This document shows positions 1 through 8,757 of a stretch of 64,000 nt of DNA, piece by piece. Location of the stretch: positions 224,001-288,000 of the IMG/VR virus record IMGVR_UViG_3300015615_000196; one strand, 5' to 3'. Each line of letters starts with the position of its first letter. Positions within the stretch are counted from its first letter, which is position 1. The position numbers and the translations under genes are program-made. The notes below the pieces were generated by a model, which was not told the origin of the DNA, did not search any database, and saw only the letters and a list, made by a program, of their open reading frames with translations. The DNA comes from a virus (Duplodnaviria > Caudoviricetes).

Positions 1-1
1 T

Positions 2-739
2 GACATACTTGGTGAGTACAACGTAGATAAATACGTAGAGGCTTTCAACAAAAGAGTAAGCACGATTCTTGAGGGCTTTGATCCGAGTCTTAGAAAAATG
101 ATCTTGGTGAAGAACCCTAAGAACTGTGAACAGTTTTCAGAAAGCGAACTTCAATTGAAGAGTTTCGCTGCTGACGACTACGATGCATCAATGGTACTTG
201 AAGAAAAGGAACTGGATTTCTGGAACAGAACAGGTTTGAAGCCTTCGTCAATTTGGGATGGCTACAAGTTACCTGAACCAACTGCTCTGGATGAAATCAA
301 CGAGTACTATGAGAAGATAAATGAACTGAATGAAAAGATGAAGAACAGTTCGAGAAAACAGAAAGTGATTTCTGTTAACGATGAACTGGTTGATGACTGC
401 TTTGTACTGGCGAAGAACTACAACACGTATGATCTTTTCCACTACAAGGATAACATGTATACTGTAGTAAGAAGCAATATGTACGCTCCGCAACAAGGTA
501 CTGAATACGATTTCTTTGAGGGTGGTCTTTCAAAGAAGATGATCGAATTCAAAAGAGAAATGGCGAAGAAGTTCAAGCAAGAATTTGGTTTGCCGGAAGA
601 AAAGAAACTATCAACCATCGTAAACGATAAGGGAGAATTAAGAGGACTTATTATGTTTGAACAGTACATCAAGACTGAACTGGCCAAACTTGATAAGGAC
701 GATGAAGAAGAAGAGGATTCAGACGAAGATGACGATTAA
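2..739 (+). CDS. C-terminal fragment of probable family B DNA polymerase (5' partial)
   Basis: Frame is open from position 2 (DILGEYNVDKYVEAFNKRVSTILEGF...MVLEEKELDFW), resembling the thumb/C-terminus of large-phage PolB; catalytic motifs lie outside the window. Confidence 0.55.
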   Translation, partial: DILGEYNVDKYVEAFNKRVSTILEGFDPSLRKMILVKNPKNCEQFSESELQLKSFAADDYDASMVLEEKELDFWNRTGLKPSSIWDGYKLPEPTALDEINEYYEKINELNEKMKNSSRKQKVISVNDELVDDCFVLAKNYNTYDLFHYKDNMYTVVRSNMYAPQQGTEYDFFEGGLSKKMIEFKREMAKKFKQEFGLPEEKKLSTIVNDKGELRGLIMFEQYIKTELAKLDKDDEEEEDSDEDDD

Positions 740-1016
740 TTATTGCCATGTCAATCCTCAACGACTCAAACAGTTAAAATTCAAGCCAAGAGATTCAGGC
801 GAAGAAGAGGACGATGACATGATATTCATTGTCAGAGTCTATGACGAAGACGGAGGGTCTTTCGTTGATTATTATTTTGATAATCACATATCACTCTACA
901 TTTTTATGGATTCATTGGATGAAGCCGAAGTGGAGTATGATTTAATTGACGAAGACGGCTACATTATTGAAGAAGGAGACGATGAAGATTTCGTAGATGA
1001 TACGCTGCTTGATTAA
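729..1016 (+). CDS. acidic hypothetical protein
   Basis: ATG at 729 overlaps the upstream gene end; very Asp/Glu-rich. Confidence 0.6.
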   Translation: MTINYCHVNPQRLKQLKFKPRDSGEEEDDDMIFIVRVYDEDGGSFVDYYFDNHISLYIFMDSLDEAEVEYDLIDEDGYIIEEGDDEDFVDDTLLD

Positions 1017-1200
1017 TGCAACAAAACTCAAAAATTGGACACTCCGAAAAGAGAGAGAATTTTCTATTGTAATACACGATAGATACGGCTTATTCGGTGT
1101 GTATTTTATGTTGGCACAACTTCGTGTAGCGTACCCAACATTTACTCTTCGCATCTACGACAAGAATCATAACCTGATTGACACGTTTAGGAATGCATGA
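997..1200 (+). CDS. hypothetical protein
   Basis: Short ORF coupled to neighbours; N-terminus (MIRCLINATKLK) resembles that of the next ORF (MICTVNISKLK). Confidence 0.5.
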   Translation: MIRCLINATKLKNWTLRKEREFSIVIHDRYGLFGVYFMLAQLRVAYPTFTLRIYDKNHNLIDTFRNA

Positions 1201-1400
1201 TTTGTACGGTAAACATATCGAAGTTAAAAGCCGGATTGCATTATAGATCAGTCGAAGCACAACAAAGTCGCACCTATTGGGTTGAAGTGACGGGATTTAC
1301 TACCGATCAAGAAATTCACGAATATCTTAATAAGGTTTTAAAAAAATTCAGGTCTCGTCAATGGGGTTCAGGTGAAGAGATTAATATCCCAAATCGGTGA
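1197..1400 (+). CDS. hypothetical protein
   Basis: ATGA overlap with upstream ORF. Confidence 0.5.
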   Translation: MICTVNISKLKAGLHYRSVEAQQSRTYWVEVTGFTTDQEIHEYLNKVLKKFRSRQWGSGEEINIPNR

Positions 1401-1431
1401 TGTAACTCACCGTATCCCCGTATTTATAGGT

Positions 1432-1803
1432 ATGAAAAAGAAGAAAATCATGGAAATTCTCGATTCCAATGAGGTAATCATTGGGTCTGATGATAAACCG
1501 CAGGTTGATCCTAATGCCCCTGCGCAAGCTGCTGGTACTACTGATCGTAATGCGAAAATGGGACACCAGCCGTTTGATGATAAATTTTGGGGTACGTTCG
1601 GATTCAGTCTGTACGAAGAACTGACGGAAGATCAGATGCTTCAAATTGCAGAAGATATTATCGCCAAGCGTACCGATAAGTCAATCAAACCAAAAAAAGA
1701 GGACAAGTCAGAAATAGTAAACAAGGTTGAAAGAATCAAGGAATTGTTTGCTGATTTGTCGGATACCGAAAAGGGTGATCTGATCAGCAAGTTAAAGAAG
1801 TAA
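1432..1803 (+). CDS. hypothetical late protein
   Basis: ATG 4 nt after TATTTAT (1421-1427); internal LYEELTE motif. Confidence 0.65.
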   Translation: MKKKKIMEILDSNEVIIGSDDKPQVDPNAPAQAAGTTDRNAKMGHQPFDDKFWGTFGFSLYEELTEDQMLQIAEDIIAKRTDKSIKPKKEDKSEIVNKVERIKELFADLSDTEKGDLISKLKK

Positions 1804-2618
1804 TGAATAGTCAATTATACGGTGAAGGAAGGCATTACAACATTCCGCGAGACATACTGGTCAGAATCCAATCAAAACTTTTCTCCAATCAAAGTGGAGG
1901 TAGTGAAGGAGCAAAGAGAGCCAAGAATCTTGTGAAGATGGGTTATTGCACATACCCAATGCTCAAGAGACTCAAGAATTTTTTCGACTACTGTGATCCC
2001 AAAGCACAGGCAGGACAATTTGAACTGGCAGGAGGTGAGCCAATGCGTCAATTCGTAGAGCGCACACTTCAATCAGAAAGAGCCAGAACAAACAACAACA
2101 ATCAAACCAACGTTGTATCAATGCCACCTTCGGCATTCGATCCAACATTGAATCTAAGCAAGACTCCGAGAATGAACGTGAACGAATCGGAGGTCAAAGG
2201 AAAGAAACCTCGTGGTGCTGTGGCAGTAATCGTCAACGAAGACGGTAAGGTGCTCATTGTAAAACGTTCTCCCAAAGGTGGCTGGATGCCCGGTAAACAC
2301 GCTTTAGTCGGAGGGGGAATAGAACAAGGGGAAGAACCAATTGATGCAGCCAAACGCGAAGTAATGGAGGAAACGGGGCTTAAATTGGAGCATTTCGTAG
2401 ACTCGTTCAACATCCTGACTCCCCCTGAAACTGTAGACTATGCATTCGTGGCAAAAGCCCCGGAAAAGTGTGATGTTGTCTTAAATGACGAGCATACTGA
2501 ACACGGATGGTACGGACTTGATGAAATTGAGAAGCTGGATGGCGTTCCGATGCTCAAGGACTGTGTCGAACTGGCACTAAATAAAATGAAGGAAAAGGGT
2601 ATTTATGGAAAGCGTTAG
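1803..2618 (+). CDS. NUDIX hydrolase with N-terminal unknown domain
   Basis: Nudix box GGGIEQGEEPIDAAKREVMEETGL; VNE motif at the domain junction. Confidence 0.9.
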   Translation: MNSQLYGEGRHYNIPRDILVRIQSKLFSNQSGGSEGAKRAKNLVKMGYCTYPMLKRLKNFFDYCDPKAQAGQFELAGGEPMRQFVERTLQSERARTNNNNQTNVVSMPPSAFDPTLNLSKTPRMNVNESEVKGKKPRGAVAVIVNEDGKVLIVKRSPKGGWMPGKHALVGGGIEQGEEPIDAAKREVMEETGLKLEHFVDSFNILTPPETVDYAFVAKAPEKCDVVLNDEHTEHGWYGLDEIEKLDGVPMLKDCVELALNKMKEKGIYGKR

Positions 2619-2773
2619 TTGTGTTAAAGACTTCCGCTATGGAATGAAACGCAAAGGTGAGGTTTCGACCAATAGGATAATTATTTGCTATTATGGCAAA
2701 TGTTGGGGCACTCGCTAAATTTTTGTAAAAAAATGCATAACTAAGAAATAATTTAATTAAATTTGTCAAAACT

Positions 2774-3034
2774 ATGCCAAAGCAAAATGGAAAAGAAATT
2801 GGTTTGTTAGCGTACAGTACATCGTTCTTGAATCGTGAGACTGTAAGAAACCGTTACAAAACAACTGACGAATACCGTGCTGGTCACCCTGATGCAAAGT
2901 CAGATGGTGATGAACTTGGTAAAGGAGAAAACAATGGACAAATTGGTGGTAAGACTGACATCGTTCAGAGAAAAGTTTCTCAAGCAAGAAACTTCTTCAC
3001 GCCAAACAATCCATACGATTCTTCAAAGGTATAA
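2774..3034 (+). CDS. hypothetical protein
   Basis: ORF with A-rich leader. Confidence 0.65.
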   Translation: MPKQNGKEIGLLAYSTSFLNRETVRNRYKTTDEYRAGHPDAKSDGDELGKGENNGQIGGKTDIVQRKVSQARNFFTPNNPYDSSKV

Positions 3035-3061
3035 CCTTATTGATGGTGGAACTACATCATA

Positions 3062-3721
3062 ATGAGCAATGAGAAAAGGGTCATTATCGATACGAACGAT
3101 CTCAAACGACACGTTAAGAATTTTCGTAGCGAACCTAACCTGTTAAAAGAATGGGTTAGTCGTGACACTGTTGCCGATGCAATAAAGAACAAGGATGTAG
3201 TGTTCATTTACTATGCTGGTGACGACACAGTAAACAAAGGGTATCGTACAATCGAACCTTATGTGCTTGGTCGTACTAAAGCAGGTAATCTTGCCGTTCG
3301 TGCTTGGCAACAAGCAGGTGCTACGGACAGAGGACAAAATCCATCACGTAAAAATGACGAAATCCCCGGATGGAGATTATTCCGTTTAGACGGAATCACT
3401 TCAATGGTGAAGACTCTGAGAAAGTTTGAAGCTGATCCAGAGTATCTTCGTACCCATCGCCCACACTACAATCCAAAAGATTCTCAAATGGGAGAGATCA
3501 TTTTGGCTGTCGAACCAATGGAAAAAGGACAGACAACAATGAGTGGTGATACTTCGATTACGAAGCCAGATGTGAAGATCACACAGCCAACGGGATTCTT
3601 CAAAAATCAAGCGGACAAATTTAGAAATTTCTTTAGAAAGCCTTCCGACTTTTCAAGTTCATGGATCGAAAGTCAAAAGAGACTGTTCAAAGAATTAATT
3701 AAGCGTAAAAAGGAAGAATAA
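3062..3721 (+). CDS. stand-alone WYL-domain protein
   Basis: IYYAG...RTIEPYVLG...VRAWQ...GWRLFRLDGI matches the WYL pattern (R-x-IEP; WR-x-FR-x-D-x-I). Confidence 0.8.
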   Translation: MSNEKRVIIDTNDLKRHVKNFRSEPNLLKEWVSRDTVADAIKNKDVVFIYYAGDDTVNKGYRTIEPYVLGRTKAGNLAVRAWQQAGATDRGQNPSRKNDEIPGWRLFRLDGITSMVKTLRKFEADPEYLRTHRPHYNPKDSQMGEIILAVEPMEKGQTTMSGDTSITKPDVKITQPTGFFKNQADKFRNFFRKPSDFSSSWIESQKRLFKELIKRKKEE

Positions 3722-3722
3722 T

Positions 3723-4511
3723 ATGCCTGAGCAACTCGTAAAATTCGATCTCAACAAATTAAAGAGCGACATCGATTCACGTAAGAAAGAACAGAACACT
3801 AAACAAGTAGTGTTGGGAAATGTGCCGGAAGGTGCAATCCAGAAGAAAGGAAAAAAACAATTCCTCAATGAATTGGTTACATCAATGCACACTGGTGTAA
3901 GAACCAGTGCAAGTGAAGCGATCAAAGCTGTTAATGAAACAGTTGAAATGAAGAAGGGTGCGCCACAAGCTGTTGCAAAAAACAACGCCAACAAATACAT
4001 CCCATCAAGAACAATCGTAAATGAAGAAGTTGCACCACAACCAATACAAAGAAGAACTGGTGCTGATGATTGGGGCATGGGAGGCAATGGTGCTCAACCA
4101 GATATGAGATATAGATCACAGGGCGATGAACGTGAAATGCAATTCGAAAATGCTTTCCAAAAACAAAACGCAGACTTTGATCAGATGATGATGGCGGGAT
4201 ATGCAAACAATCCGGCATACATGAAGATGATGCAAGAAAGAGGCCAGCAACCAGTACAATCGTACAAGCCTCAAGTTATTGCAGAAGGTTCGCTCAATGA
4301 ACAAGTTGAATTACTCAACGAGAAAATGGAGCGTAACATGGAGAAGTTGGTAGAGTCAACCTTCAAGAATGTTTTAACCAACATCTACACCAAAGAAAAA
4401 ATCCAAGAATCACTTGTAGAGTTCCTTCAAACCGATGAAGGTTTGAAAGTTGTAAGTCGCGCAATCAACGAAATTGCCAAGCGCAACAAGGCGAAACAAC
4501 AGGGAAAATAA
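3723..4511 (+). CDS. hypothetical protein, possibly internal head protein
   Basis: Coiled-coil/low complexity with several hydrophobic-x-E motifs (VNEE, IAEG, LNEQ, LNEK). Confidence 0.65.
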   Translation: MPEQLVKFDLNKLKSDIDSRKKEQNTKQVVLGNVPEGAIQKKGKKQFLNELVTSMHTGVRTSASEAIKAVNETVEMKKGAPQAVAKNNANKYIPSRTIVNEEVAPQPIQRRTGADDWGMGGNGAQPDMRYRSQGDEREMQFENAFQKQNADFDQMMMAGYANNPAYMKMMQERGQQPVQSYKPQVIAEGSLNEQVELLNEKMERNMEKLVESTFKNVLTNIYTKEKIQESLVEFLQTDEGLKVVSRAINEIAKRNKAKQQGK

Positions 4512-4526
4512 AGTATTTATCCCTAT

Positions 4527-7490
4527 ATGGGAGATACAAATTGTCCTAAACTTGACCCTAAACTTTATAGTCAAATTTTAGAGAAGTGCCTTACTTCTCT
4601 CAATTTGCCTATTGAGTACTCTTTAATCGGTGGTCGTACCTGCGGGAACGCCTACTTGAGTCATGGACGAGTCTACAAAGTAACGACCGACAAATCAGAA
4701 GCAGTCGAATCCAACAAAGTAGTTGGAAAGAACAACTCCCACTTAGTTGACGTATATAACGTCAAGAAAATCAACACCGATCTTACTCCTGAAAGCGTAT
4801 ACCTGATTGTAATGGAATACGTGAACACAGGGAAGCAAAGCATTTTCGCTGAGATTCAGGAAAACTTAATTAATCTTTTCCGTGAACACCTGAACTTGCA
4901 TCTTTTTGATTTGCTCGAAGCATACAGATTCAAACCTGAACAATATGCTGCATACGAACCAGACGTGAAAGAGGCATTGGCTCCACATCAAAAGGAAACA
5001 CTGTACTACAATACTCTTCTTGAAATTCTCGATGAACTTAAAGCCAACGGTGTCGAATCAATTGATGTCCATTACCACAACTTAGGCGTGAAGCAGAATG
5101 GTAATATTGCATTCTTTGATTTCGGATTTGGTGACGAGCAGGGAGAGGTTGATTCAATGGGTGTTAATGAGAAGGTAGAGTTGGATGAAGAAATCAAGCA
5201 ACTTTATGACGCATTGGGAAAGAACGGTATTTCACTTCAAGACTTTGCAATCAAATTGAGTGACAGACTTGGGTTTGAGGGTGCAATGATGCTTGGTAGT
5301 GGAACACAAGGTGCAGCAATTGATGTTGGTGGTGGTACTGTTATGAAAATCACAACTGACAACGGAGAGGCAAGTGAGGCAAATCATTTGGTTGGTAAAA
5401 ACAACCAGTACATAGGAAACGTATTTAAGGTTTACAAACTTGACCCTCCATACAATTTCGCATACGTCATCTTGAGAGAAAAACTTAAAGTGGATTCTCA
5501 AGAAAACAGTAGAAGAGAAAAGGTCTTTGAGAAGGTGATGGATGATAACGACATCAGTTGGTTCACATTCGATGAAATCATCATGAGAGGCAACAAGCAA
5601 GAACTTGAAGAAACCAGAGATTCATTAAGAATCAGAAACAACGCAGACATTGAAGTTGTTGATGCATTTTTTGCTGTCTTTGGCAACCTGATTGACAATG
5701 GTATCAAGAGCACAGACTTCGCACCAAACAATTTTGGTTTTAAAAACAATGGTGCATGGGCCTACTACGATTTAGGATATAGTTCAAATCCAGAAGACTT
5801 GGGTGGTGTCGAAGGACTTGCAGTGAACGAGCGTGTAGTATCTTACATGCCAAATTCATCAGCAATGAGTGTCAAGAAGAAGTGTCAAATCGGTGGCAAC
5901 GGTGACGGAACAAGTAGTGCTTGCAATCAAGGAGATATTTCGAATATCAAGCTGAATAAGATAAGTGAGCACACGAGCAAATGGAAACAAAGACTTGAAA
6001 AGAAGCAACAAGTTGAGGAAAATATGTTTTATCGTGTGCCGTCAGGCTTCACCCCGCCAAGGGGAACAACTGCACTTGACGTAGTAAATTTTGAGAGAAA
6101 TGAAAACGGCAATGTTGAAGAAATGGATATTGCACTTGAAAATGCCAAAAAGCATGGAATTGATCTTGCAAAATATCCGGCAAGTAGCGTAATTTGGGTC
6201 ACCAAAACACCGGAAGACGCAATGAGATACGGGAATGACGTTGAAGAAGAACCAATTGAGAATCCGATCATATTGACTACGGATGGTGATAATGGATATT
6301 TGGTGTTTAGAAAAGAAGGAATGATTGCAGAAGAGCAAAAAGTTGAAATCAACGATCTACCATTCAAAGGTGATGTGGAAGCTGCTGGCGGTAAAATTTA
6401 CTCTGTCGGTGGGGCTGTTCGTGACTCTATTCTTGGTAAGGAATCAAAAGACTTGGACATATTGATCACCGGACTACCACTTGATCAACTCGAAACCATT
6501 CTTTCAAAGTATGGTCGTGTCGATAACGTAGGAAAATCATTCGGTATCATCAAATACAACTCTCCGCAGACCGGAGAAATTGACATCGCAATTCCTCGTA
6601 CAGAGAGAAAGAACGATCAAGGTGGGTATCAGGGTTTCGATGTAACTTCTGATCACAATCTACCAATTGAGAAAGACCTTGAACGTAGAGACTTTACGAT
6701 CAATGCCATTGCAAAAGATAGTTCTGGCTTGATGATCGACCCTTACGGTGGACAAGGTGATATTCAGAAGAAACAGATTAAGATGGTGAACCCACAAGCC
6801 TTCTCTGACGATCCGTTGAGAATGCTTCGTGCTGTACAATTTGCATCGCGTTTTGGATTTTCGATTGAACCGGAGACACTGGCATCGATTCAACAGAATG
6901 CATCTAAGATCAGAGAGATTTCTCCTGAAAGAATCTTGATTGAGTTTGACAAAATTGTGAAGAAAGGTAATCCGATGGTCGGAGCAAAGTTGCTTCGTCA
7001 GACAGGATTGTACAATCAAATTTTTGGTGTTGACAGAGGTGTGAACTTCGCTCCTTTCGATCATGTGAAGACAATGGGAGAATTCGTGTTCTCTCTGATC
7101 AAGGACAACATTCAAAATCCTGCTGAGTACTTCAAGGATCATATGAAAGGAGACCTTGACACGTACAACAACATTCGTGCACTGGAACTTGGTAACAAGT
7201 TCAACGGAGACAAGAAGACAATCTTCGATATGTACAAGATTTATCCACAGTCTTTGAACACGGACTTGTTTGGCCCAAAGTTTAAGGATACGGTGGAGTA
7301 TATGAAGGCGAAAAACATACCGTTTTCGTTAAAAGAGGTTCCGGTAAACGGAAACGATTTGATGTCATTGGGCTTCCAAGGTAAAGAAATCGGTAATGCC
7401 TTCGTAAATGTGTTAAACAAGATTTACAGCGAAGAATTGCCCAATAATCGTGAGGATATTCTCAATTACGTGAAGACCCTTAAAGTTTAA
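4527..7490 (+). CDS. cca: polyprotein: two kinase-like domains + Cys module + ART-like module + CCA-adding tRNA nucleotidyltransferase
   Basis: Kinase motifs YKVT..E/DVHYHN/DFG and GSGTQG/MKIT..E/DFAPNN/DLG; class II NTase motifs VGGAVRD, DLDI, PRTERK, RRDFTINA, DDPLRMLR, SPERI. Confidence 0.85.
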   Translation: MGDTNCPKLDPKLYSQILEKCLTSLNLPIEYSLIGGRTCGNAYLSHGRVYKVTTDKSEAVESNKVVGKNNSHLVDVYNVKKINTDLTPESVYLIVMEYVNTGKQSIFAEIQENLINLFREHLNLHLFDLLEAYRFKPEQYAAYEPDVKEALAPHQKETLYYNTLLEILDELKANGVESIDVHYHNLGVKQNGNIAFFDFGFGDEQGEVDSMGVNEKVELDEEIKQLYDALGKNGISLQDFAIKLSDRLGFEGAMMLGSGTQGAAIDVGGGTVMKITTDNGEASEANHLVGKNNQYIGNVFKVYKLDPPYNFAYVILREKLKVDSQENSRREKVFEKVMDDNDISWFTFDEIIMRGNKQELEETRDSLRIRNNADIEVVDAFFAVFGNLIDNGIKSTDFAPNNFGFKNNGAWAYYDLGYSSNPEDLGGVEGLAVNERVVSYMPNSSAMSVKKKCQIGGNGDGTSSACNQGDISNIKLNKISEHTSKWKQRLEKKQQVEENMFYRVPSGFTPPRGTTALDVVNFERNENGNVEEMDIALENAKKHGIDLAKYPASSVIWVTKTPEDAMRYGNDVEEEPIENPIILTTDGDNGYLVFRKEGMIAEEQKVEINDLPFKGDVEAAGGKIYSVGGAVRDSILGKESKDLDILITGLPLDQLETILSKYGRVDNVGKSFGIIKYNSPQTGEIDIAIPRTERKNDQGGYQGFDVTSDHNLPIEKDLERRDFTINAIAKDSSGLMIDPYGGQGDIQKKQIKMVNPQAFSDDPLRMLRAVQFASRFGFSIEPETLASIQQNASKIREISPERILIEFDKIVKKGNPMVGAKLLRQTGLYNQIFGVDRGVNFAPFDHVKTMGEFVFSLIKDNIQNPAEYFKDHMKGDLDTYNNIRALELGNKFNGDKKTIFDMYKIYPQSLNTDLFGPKFKDTVEYMKAKNIPFSLKEVPVNGNDLMSLGFQGKEIGNAFVNVLNKIYSEELPNNREDILNYVKTLKV

Positions 7491-7509
7491 AAATCACGTA
7501 TTTATTAGC

Positions 7510-8307
7510 ATGGAGAAAGAGAACATCTATAAGCCGAAGTCATTACCACAGTTGTCAGCACCGTTTAGCTACGTTGCTCACCACTTGAATGACATGGGTC
7601 AACCCTATGAATTGGTAGGTGCGAACGTAGATTCTATCACTCCGTCACAGGCGTTTATTGATACGGACATCGTAAGCAATCTGGTGGACAAATTGAAGAA
7701 AGGCGAAGAACTCAAGGCAATTTGGTTGGACAAAGACAACAATGCTCTTGATGGTCACCACAGATATGCAGCGTATGCTCTCAATAAGAATAGCCATATC
7801 CCATCCGTAAGATTGGGTTGTGAAAAGCAAAAGGCAATTGATATTTTGAACGAGATTCAGTCGATGTACGAGAGAGAAAACGGTTCTCAATTCTTGAACG
7901 CATTGACAGAAGATCAAGATACTTCAATGTACATCCCGGACAAGAAAGTGCCTACGAAGAAGGCTACGGTGAAAGGATATAGAAAGAACAAGATCGTAGA
8001 GAAGTCCATCACTGGTAACTTCTTTGCATTGAAACCTGTGGAAGGCTACAAACTCGAAACAGAAATCGAATTCTCGTCACTCATGAATTCGGACGATGTA
8101 AATCCGAGTATTAAGGACGACAAGAATCCTCCGGCTGCTCTTGCAAAAGAGTGGTTCCCGTCTTTGAATTTCAAAGAAAAGGCAAAGATGATGGGCATGA
8201 AAGAAGAGCAATTCATCAATGCTATCGTAGCTGAAAAAGCAAGAACGAAGGGCATCGATGGTATCCAATACGGAGACAAATTACTTCAATCAATTGACGA
8301 CAAATAA
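7510..8307 (+). CDS. ParB/sulfiredoxin-like domain protein with C-terminal possible ART-like domain
   Basis: ITPSQ...IWLDKDNNALDGHHR is ParB-N-like; C-terminal YR...GNFFAL...GIDGI. Confidence 0.65.
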   Translation: MEKENIYKPKSLPQLSAPFSYVAHHLNDMGQPYELVGANVDSITPSQAFIDTDIVSNLVDKLKKGEELKAIWLDKDNNALDGHHRYAAYALNKNSHIPSVRLGCEKQKAIDILNEIQSMYERENGSQFLNALTEDQDTSMYIPDKKVPTKKATVKGYRKNKIVEKSITGNFFALKPVEGYKLETEIEFSSLMNSDDVNPSIKDDKNPPAALAKEWFPSLNFKEKAKMMGMKEEQFINAIVAEKARTKGIDGIQYGDKLLQSIDDK

Positions 8308-8316
8308 CACAACGAT

Positions 8317-8673
8317 ATGTCATACTACAGAATTAGAAACAACACCAACACTCTCGGCAAAAGACACCCAAGATTCAACACGCCTCAAATAATTGAGTTT
8401 AAAGACCTTTTGGAGAACAATGAGGTAAGTGTCGCCCCTTCTACGGAAATCATCGTAGAGACCGCCTATTTGCCTGTATCAGCACAAAAGCTGAGAGCCG
8501 AAGGATTGATCACCATTGTGGAGATCGATAAGCAGACGTACCACAAACTGCGTAAAAACAAAGAAACGCAACTTGCTGAGGAAGCAAAGAATGCAGCTAT
8601 CGTAGAGCAGGAAATAGCTAAAGTAGCAAAATCTGAGGAAAGAAGCAAGAAATACGCTACAAAACTTAAATAA
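8317..8673 (+). CDS. hypothetical protein
   Basis: ORF in operon context. Confidence 0.7.
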   Translation: MSYYRIRNNTNTLGKRHPRFNTPQIIEFKDLLENNEVSVAPSTEIIVETAYLPVSAQKLRAEGLITIVEIDKQTYHKLRKNKETQLAEEAKNAAIVEQEIAKVAKSEERSKKYATKLK

Positions 8674-8757
8674 TAAAATTTTGTAAATTTTTACAGTTTT
8701 TTCCGATTTTCGGAGAAGTGAGTCCGTATTTATAATAAACTATAAATTATTATAACT

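Noticed and set aside
2640-2720. c-di-GMP-I riboswitch (ACGCAAAG) or hammerhead ribozyme (GGTCGAAAC on the minus strand)
   Set aside because: The other required elements (GGCAAAC/GNRA stem; CUGAUGA core) are absent
6340-7490. Poly(A) polymerase
   Set aside because: Lacks the PAP G(R/K)(R/K)F signature and has the CCA-type RTERK loop
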